In this document: one piece after another, positions 15,186 through 20,295 of the stretch
Position numbering within the stretch: the stretch's first letter is position 1
Layout: every line of letters begins with the position of its first letter
Source: Schaalia meyeri
GTDB taxonomy: Bacteria > Actinomycetota > Actinomycetes > Actinomycetales > Actinomycetaceae
Length of the DNA stretch: 20,295 bases
Direction of reading: 5' to 3'
NCBI RefSeq assembly: GCF_900105015.1
Contig: NZ_FNLK01000009.1
Span: 1-20,295 of the forward strand
The notes under the pieces: generated by a model
Databases searched by the model: none
The model's input: only the letters and a program-made list of their open reading frames with translations
Told to the model about the DNA's origin: nothing
Program-made: the position numbers and the translations under genes

Positions 15186-15820
15186 CATGGCTGAACGCTA
15201 ACTGGGGGTTGATCGGGAAGCTCGCGGCCACGCACCTGTGGATCGCGCTGCCGGCGATCGCCCTGTCCGTCCTCATTTCCGTGCCGGTGGCCCGCTGGGC
15301 CGCATTCTCGCGCCGCGGCGGCTGGGTCCTGTCCGCCCTCTCGGCGCTGTACGCGGTGCCGTCGCTGCCGCTCCTGGTGGTCGTCCCGGTCGTCATCGGG
15401 GTGGCGCTGCGATCCTCCGCGAACATGATCGTCGTGCTGACGCTCTATGGGGTAGCGGTCCTGATCCGCCAGGCATCGGAGGGTTTCCGCGCGATCCCGA
15501 GGGCGACGCTGCGAGCCGCGAGCGCGTGCGGCTACTCGACGCCTCGGCGCTTCGCGGAGGTGGAATTGCCGCTGGCGACACCGGTCATCGTGGCGGGCAC
15601 GCGCGTCGTGGCAACATCGACCGTCTCGCTGGTGACGGTCGGAGCGTTCATCGGCGTGCGTTCGCTGGGCACGCTCTTCACGGACGGTTTTCAGCGGGGC
15701 ATCGTCGCCGAGGTCATGACCGGATTGGTCGCGACGGTGATCTTGGCGCTGGCGGTCGACGCGCTCATCCAGGGTATCGGCTGGGCACTCACGCCGTGGG
15801 TGAGGAGGGGGCGAGCATGA
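15182..15820 (+). CDS. Osmoprotectant ABC transporter permease 1
   Basis: Multi-TM protein. The ATG at 15182 overlaps the upstream stop (ATGA) and sits 6 nt after GGGGAGGG. The track start at 15176 is 2 codons upstream. Confidence 0.85.
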   Translation: MTWLNANWGLIGKLAATHLWIALPAIALSVLISVPVARWAAFSRRGGWVLSALSALYAVPSLPLLVVVPVVIGVALRSSANMIVVLTLYGVAVLIRQASEGFRAIPRATLRAASACGYSTPRRFAEVELPLATPVIVAGTRVVATSTVSLVTVGAFIGVRSLGTLFTDGFQRGIVAEVMTGLVATVILALAVDALIQGIGWALTPWVRRGRA

Positions 15821-16512
15821 GTATTCTCGCAGCTGCGCTGGCGTGGCTGGCGTCCCCGTCACATTGGATGGGTTCTACGGGCATCCTGGCCCGATCGGTT
15901 GAGCACCTGGGGCTGACGTTCCTGATCGTGGCGCTCGCGGCCGCGGTCGCCGTGCCCGTGGGCACGTGGATCGGCCACACGGGCAGGGGGCGGTGGCTGG
16001 TGAGCGCGACGGGCGCCGCGCGCGCGGTACCCACCCTGGGCGTGCTGACGCTGGCCGGGGTGTGGCTGGGCATCGGCCTGGCGGCTCCCACGCTGGCCCT
16101 GCTGATCCTGGCGATTCCCCCGCTGCTGTCGGCCACCTACTCGGGGATCGCATCGACGCCGCGGGTGACCGTGGACGCGGCCCGGGCGATCGGCTTGACC
16201 GAGGCTCAGGTGCTCACCGGTGTCGAGGCCCCGCACGCGGCCGGGCTGGTCGCCGCCGGTGTGCGCTCGGCGACCCTGCAGGTCATCGCCACGGCCACGC
16301 TGGCCGCCTACACGGCTGACTACGGGCTCGGCCGCTTCCTGTATGCCGGCCTGAAGACCCGAGACTATGCGCAGATGATCGGCGGCGCGATCGTCGTGGT
16401 CGCGCTGGCGCTCGCGGTTGACGCCGCGCTGGCGGCCCTGACCCGCGCGCTGGGGGCACACACCCATTCCCTCCCCGAGACAGGTAATAATTCATCGAAG
16501 GAGTCCCAATGA
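15817..16512 (+). CDS. Osmoprotectant ABC transporter permease 2
   Basis: Internal start MSILAAALAWL of track ORF 15238..16512, with an ATGA overlap at 15817-15820 and GAGGAGGGG upstream. Multi-TM protein with an EAA-like loop VDAARAIGLTEAQVL. Confidence 0.85.
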   Translation: MSILAAALAWLASPSHWMGSTGILARSVEHLGLTFLIVALAAAVAVPVGTWIGHTGRGRWLVSATGAARAVPTLGVLTLAGVWLGIGLAAPTLALLILAIPPLLSATYSGIASTPRVTVDAARAIGLTEAQVLTGVEAPHAAGLVAAGVRSATLQVIATATLAAYTADYGLGRFLYAGLKTRDYAQMIGGAIVVVALALAVDAALAALTRALGAHTHSLPETGNNSSKESQ

Positions 16513-17411
16513 AACGCTCAATGACGACGGTGACAGCCACTGCCGTTGCTGCGGTAATGATCGCCGCCTGCGGCTCTGTCGAGTCCCTGGAGGGCGACGT
16601 CGAGAGGGATTCTCCCAGGATCGTGGTCGGCTCCCAGGACTATTACTCGAATGAAATCCTGGCGGAGGTGTATGCCCAGGCGCTTGAGGGCGCCGGTTTC
16701 TCGGTGGACCGCCAGCTGAGGATCGGCCAGCGCGAGGTGTACATGCCCGAGCTTACGGCCGGCATGATCGACGTCTTCCCGGAGTATACGGGCAGCCTGC
16801 TGCAATACCTGGAGCCGGAGGGCGAGGAGCGCACTTCTGAGGACGTATACCAGGCCCTGTCCACCGCGCTCCCGTCCGGGCTGCGTGCCCTCGACCAGGC
16901 CCAGGCGACCGACCAGGACTCCTACGTGGTGACCTCGACCTTCGCCGCCGAGCACTCCGTGACCTCGATCGGCGACCTTGCTGGCGCGGGGCCGCTGGTC
17001 CTGGGCGGGAACTCGGAGCTGCAGACGCGCCCCTACGGCCCGCGGGGCCTGGAGCAGACCTACGGGGTGAATGTCTCTTTCACGCCGATCGAGGATTCGG
17101 GTGGCCCGCTGACCGTCCGGGCGTTGAACGACGGGATGATCCAGCTGGCCAACATCTATTCCTCGGATCCGTCGCTGGCGGATGGAAACCTGACTGTCCT
17201 GGAGGATCCGAAGGGGCTGTTCCGCGCCTCGCACGTGGTGCCGCTGGCATCGCCGCGCGTGGACGCGGAGGCGGCCGCCGTCCTCAACTCGGTGAGCGCC
17301 GAGCTGGGCGCCCAGGACCTGATCGAGATGAATCGGGCCTCGACCCAGGATCAAAAGTCCGCCTCGCAGATCGCTCGCGAGTGGCTGGCCTCCAAGGGGC
17401 TGGTGCACTGA
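16509..17411 (+). CDS. Osmoprotectant (glycine betaine family, OpuCC/OsmF-like) substrate-binding lipoprotein
   Basis: Signal peptide with an IAAC lipobox. The mature part has VGSQDYYSNEILAEVYAQALE and DVFPEYTGSLL, typical of the OpuAC-fold binding proteins of this operon type. ATGA overlap with permease 2. Confidence 0.88.
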   Translation: MKRSMTTVTATAVAAVMIAACGSVESLEGDVERDSPRIVVGSQDYYSNEILAEVYAQALEGAGFSVDRQLRIGQREVYMPELTAGMIDVFPEYTGSLLQYLEPEGEERTSEDVYQALSTALPSGLRALDQAQATDQDSYVVTSTFAAEHSVTSIGDLAGAGPLVLGGNSELQTRPYGPRGLEQTYGVNVSFTPIEDSGGPLTVRALNDGMIQLANIYSSDPSLADGNLTVLEDPKGLFRASHVVPLASPRVDAEAAAVLNSVSAELGAQDLIEMNRASTQDQKSASQIAREWLASKGLVH

Positions 17412-17423
17412 GGCCGGGCGTTG

Positions 17424-17475
17424 GACGAGGCCGGGGCGGGGTGCGCGTATTCGCCTCCCGTGCCCCGGCCTCGTC
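17424..17475 (+). terminator. Long GC-rich hairpin after the opu operon (no T-tract)
   Basis: 13-bp perfect stem GACGAGGCCGGGG...CCCCGGCCTCGTC with a 26-nt loop, 13 nt after the stop codon. The stem sequence is nearly the same as that of the hairpin at 13554. Confidence 0.55.
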
Positions 17476-17489
17476 GCGTGACTGGTCGC

Positions 17490-17520
17490 TCACACAAGAC
17501 GCCATTTTGTGTGACACACA
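17490..17520. promoter_or_regulatory. Candidate operator upstream of the peptide ABC operon: TCACACAA-N9-TTGTGTGA overlapping the palindrome TGTGTG-A-CACACA
   Basis: Perfect 8-bp inverted repeat read directly. It lies immediately upstream of an AT-rich promoter-like stretch (TTGACC at 17529, TGTAAT about 25 nt later) and about 150 nt before the oppA-like ATG. Confidence 0.4.
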
Positions 17521-17670
17521 CCATTATTTGACCTAGATTTTACGTTTGTAACCAAAATGTAATGCGCACATGATGGACATCTTTCGTCTCTCCCACGCGT
17601 CGCGGGTTAACCTCGGACCATAGCTGAGGGCATCGCCCCCAGACCACCCATCAACCAGGAGGAAGAATCC

Positions 17671-19260
17671 ATGAACCTGAAGAAGGCATGGCTCGTCATC
17701 CCCGCGGCCGCCGCGCTCGCCCTGACCGCCTGCGGCGGCGACGTGTCGACCGGCTCCGGCGACAAGATCGTGACTCTCAACGGCTCCGAGCCCCAGAACC
17801 CGCTGCTGCCCGGCATGACCAACGAAAACGGCGGCGGCAAGATCCTCACCGCTGTCTTCAGCCAGCTCGTGCGCTACGAAAACGACGGCACCGCCGTCCT
17901 CGACGTCGCCGAATCCATTGAGCCCAACAGCGATGCGACCGAGTGGACCATCAAGCTCCACAACGACCGCAAGTTCTCAGACGGCACCCCGGTCCAGGCC
18001 CACAACTTCATCAAGGCCTGGAACCTGATCACCTCCGCCGCCCAGGCGCAGTCCTCGTTCTTCGACTTCTTCGAGGGCACCGACGACGAGGGCACCGGCG
18101 AGATCACCGGCCTGACCGAAATCGACGACTACTCCTTCACCGCGAAGCTGAAGAACCCCACCTCCGACTTCGTTTCCCGCCTGGGCTACACCGCCTACGC
18201 GCCGCTGCCCGACTCCACCCTGGCCGACCCAGACGCCGGCGGCCAGCTGCCCGTCGGCAACGGCCCCTACAAGCTGGCCTCCGACAGCGCCTGGGAGCAC
18301 AACGTCAAGATCTCGCTGGTTCCCAACGAGAACTACGTCGGCAGCGAGAAGCCCCAGAACGACGGCGTGACCTTCATCTTCTACTCCAGCCTGGACGCCG
18401 CCTACCAGGACCTGTCCTCGGACTCCGTGGACGTGCTCGAAGCCGTCCCGGCCTCGGTGTTCGCCACCTACGAATCCGAGCTCTCGGGCCGCACCGTGAA
18501 CCAGGCCTACGCCGGTTCCCAGTACTTCACGATCCCGGGGTACCTGCCTCACTTCTCGGGTGAGGAAGGCCGCCTGCGCCGCCAGGCCATCTCCATGTCC
18601 ATCGACCGCGAGACCATCACGAAGACCATCTTCAACGGCACCCGCACCCCCGCCAAGGACTTCACCGCCCCGACGCTGGCCGGCTACGACGCAAACGTCT
18701 CCGGCAACGAGGTCCTGACCTACAACCCCACCAAGGCCAAGGAACTGTGGGCGCAGGCCGACGCCATCTCCCCGTGGGATGGCAGCTTCACCATCGCCTA
18801 CAACGCCGACGGCGGCCACAAGGAATGGGTGGACGCGGCCTCTAACTCCATCAAGAACACGCTGGGTATCCAGGCCGAGGGCAACCCCTTCGCCGACTTC
18901 AAGTCCCTGCTCAACGCCGAGGACTCCGATTCCTTGACCGGCGCCTTCCGTAACGGCTGGATGGGCGACTACCCCTCGCTGTACAACTTCCTGCAGCCGC
19001 AGTACGTGACAGGAGCCTCCTCCAACAAGGGTCGTTACTCCAACGCCGAGTTCGACTCGCTGCTGACCCAGGCCTCGTCCGCTACCTCCACAGCCGAGGC
19101 GAACAAGATCATGCAGCAGGCCCAGAGCATCCTCCTCCAGGACATGCCGGCAGTCCCGCTGTGGTACACCAACGCCAACGGCGCATGGTCCACGAAGGTC
19201 TCCAACGTGCACTTCGACTGGAAGGGTCAGCCTGTCGCCTACCAGATCACCAAGAAGTGA
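17671..19260 (+). CDS. Peptide/oligopeptide ABC transporter substrate-binding lipoprotein (SBP family 5, OppA/DppA-like)
   Basis: Strong RBS AGGAGGA upstream. Signal peptide with an LTAC lipobox. 529 aa with family-5 features: EWTIKLHNDRKFSDGTPV, VGNGPYKL, and a C-terminal PLWY motif region. Confidence 0.9.
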   Translation: MNLKKAWLVIPAAAALALTACGGDVSTGSGDKIVTLNGSEPQNPLLPGMTNENGGGKILTAVFSQLVRYENDGTAVLDVAESIEPNSDATEWTIKLHNDRKFSDGTPVQAHNFIKAWNLITSAAQAQSSFFDFFEGTDDEGTGEITGLTEIDDYSFTAKLKNPTSDFVSRLGYTAYAPLPDSTLADPDAGGQLPVGNGPYKLASDSAWEHNVKISLVPNENYVGSEKPQNDGVTFIFYSSLDAAYQDLSSDSVDVLEAVPASVFATYESELSGRTVNQAYAGSQYFTIPGYLPHFSGEEGRLRRQAISMSIDRETITKTIFNGTRTPAKDFTAPTLAGYDANVSGNEVLTYNPTKAKELWAQADAISPWDGSFTIAYNADGGHKEWVDAASNSIKNTLGIQAEGNPFADFKSLLNAEDSDSLTGAFRNGWMGDYPSLYNFLQPQYVTGASSNKGRYSNAEFDSLLTQASSATSTAEANKIMQQAQSILLQDMPAVPLWYTNANGAWSTKVSNVHFDWKGQPVAYQITKK

Positions 19261-19282
19261 GTCTAGGCTCTCACCTCGCATC

Positions 19283-19314
19283 GGGGGGCGGGCGGCTGAA
19301 GCCGCCCGCCCCCC
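19283..19314 (+). terminator. Perfect 14-bp GC hairpin after the SBP gene (likely attenuating/stabilising stem-loop between SBP and permease genes)
   Basis: GGGGGGCGGGCGGC-TGAA-GCCGCCCGCCCCCC, flanked on both sides by TCGCATC. No T-tract follows. Confidence 0.55.
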
Positions 19315-19553
19315 TCGCATCTGGGTCACTCGCGCACGCAACGCGGACACTTAGCCGCTGCCCGGCCCACGCTGGACCCGCACTTTCGCCCCCGTTAGGG
19401 CGCACAGCGATTGATTCGACAGACAAATTGTGGCACTCGCACGCCATTTGCCCAATCTTTACCCTATGATGAACCCATAGTCGGCCTCTCGCGCGAGGCA
19501 CCACCAGGGATCGGAACCTCCCCTCCCCCGACACGAACACTAAAGGATTGTCC

Positions 19554-20295
19554 ATGCTCCGCTACATCGGACGGCGACTCCTCCAGACCATCCCGGTCTT
19601 CTTCGGAGCCACCTTTCTGATCTTCGCGATGGTCTACCTCATGCCAGGTGACCCCGTCGCCGCACTCGGCGGCGACCGCGGTCTCTCCGAGGCTGCCGCC
19701 GCGCAGATCCGCGCCCAGTACAACCTGGACAAGCCCTTCTGGCTGCAGTACCTGCTGTACCTCAAGGGAGTCTTCACCCTCGACTTCGGCACCGCGTTCA
19801 ACGGCCAGAAGGTCACGTCCATCATGGCCACCGCCTTCCCCACGACCGCGAAGCTGGCCATCTACGCCCTGCTCATCGAAACCGTCCTCGGCATCGGCCT
19901 GGGCGTCGTCGCCGGCATGCGTCGCGGAAAGTGGTTCGACTCGACGATCCTCGTCGTCTCCCTCCTGCTGATCTCGGTCCCCACCTTCGTCCTGGGCTTC
20001 GTCCTCCAGTACGTCCTGGGCGTCCAGCTCGCCCTGCTGCCCACCACAGCCTCGCAGTCGATCGACATCCGCAGCCTCACGATGCCGGCCCTGGTCCTCG
20101 GCGGCGTCTCCCTGGCCTACGTCATCCGACTGACCCGCCAGTCCGTCTCCGAGAACGTGTCGGCCGACTACGTGCGCACCGCGCGCGCCAAGGGCCTTGG
20201 CGGCGGCGTCGTCATGACCCGCCACATCCTGCGCAACTCCCTCATCCCCGTCGCCACCTTCATCGGCGGCGACCTCGGCGCCCTCATGGGCGGCG
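19554..20295 (+). CDS. Peptide ABC transporter permease (OppB/DppB-like), 3' end beyond the window
   Basis: Absent from the ORF track because the frame has no stop before the window edge. I translated it by hand. MLRYIGRRLLQTIPVFFGATFLIFAMVYLMPGDP is the canonical OppB/DppB N-terminus, and the conserved YVRTARAKGL motif is present. AAAGGA lies upstream of the ATG. Confidence 0.9.
   Translation, partial: MLRYIGRRLLQTIPVFFGATFLIFAMVYLMPGDPVAALGGDRGLSEAAAAQIRAQYNLDKPFWLQYLLYLKGVFTLDFGTAFNGQKVTSIMATAFPTTAKLAIYALLIETVLGIGLGVVAGMRRGKWFDSTILVVSLLLISVPTFVLGFVLQYVLGVQLALLPTTASQSIDIRSLTMPALVLGGVSLAYVIRLTRQSVSENVSADYVRTARAKGLGGGVVMTRHILRNSLIPVATFIGGDLGALMGG

Overview
High-G+C (about two-thirds G+C by eye) actinobacterial chromosomal segment. 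The gene content and P/A-rich protein tails suggest Actinomycetaceae, but that is a guess. Most of the window is ordinary housekeeping: tadA, upp, a crcB pair followed by metNIQ on the minus strand, gluQ, tRNA-Arg(ACG), a YbaK-type deacylase, tRNA-Ser(GGA), a uracil permease, a MarR-led osmoprotectant (OpuC/YehZYXW-type) ABC operon joined by ATGA overlaps, and the start of a peptide (Opp/Dpp-type) ABC operon. I recognise no integrase, transposase, cas gene, CRISPR array or known defence gene. Four things stand out. (1) A 1.17 kb gene-free gap between gluQ and tRNA-Arg holds a dyad-symmetric array of seven TGGATAGG/CCTATCCA sites at an exact 19-bp phase. The gap is bracketed by two copies of a mosaic 150-230 bp direct repeat and contains a T-depleted CA-rich stretch. 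(2) One reading frame fuses a winged-HTH regulator to a C-terminal MoaD/ThiS-like beta-grasp ending in Gly-Gly. (3) Immediately downstream of that fusion is a compositionally foreign lipoprotein gene with G/T-ending codons. (4) TadA carries a C-terminal Pro/Ala-rich extension of about 290 aa. The function proposed for each of these is inference. The long ORFs antisense to real genes are treated as high-GC shadow ORFs.
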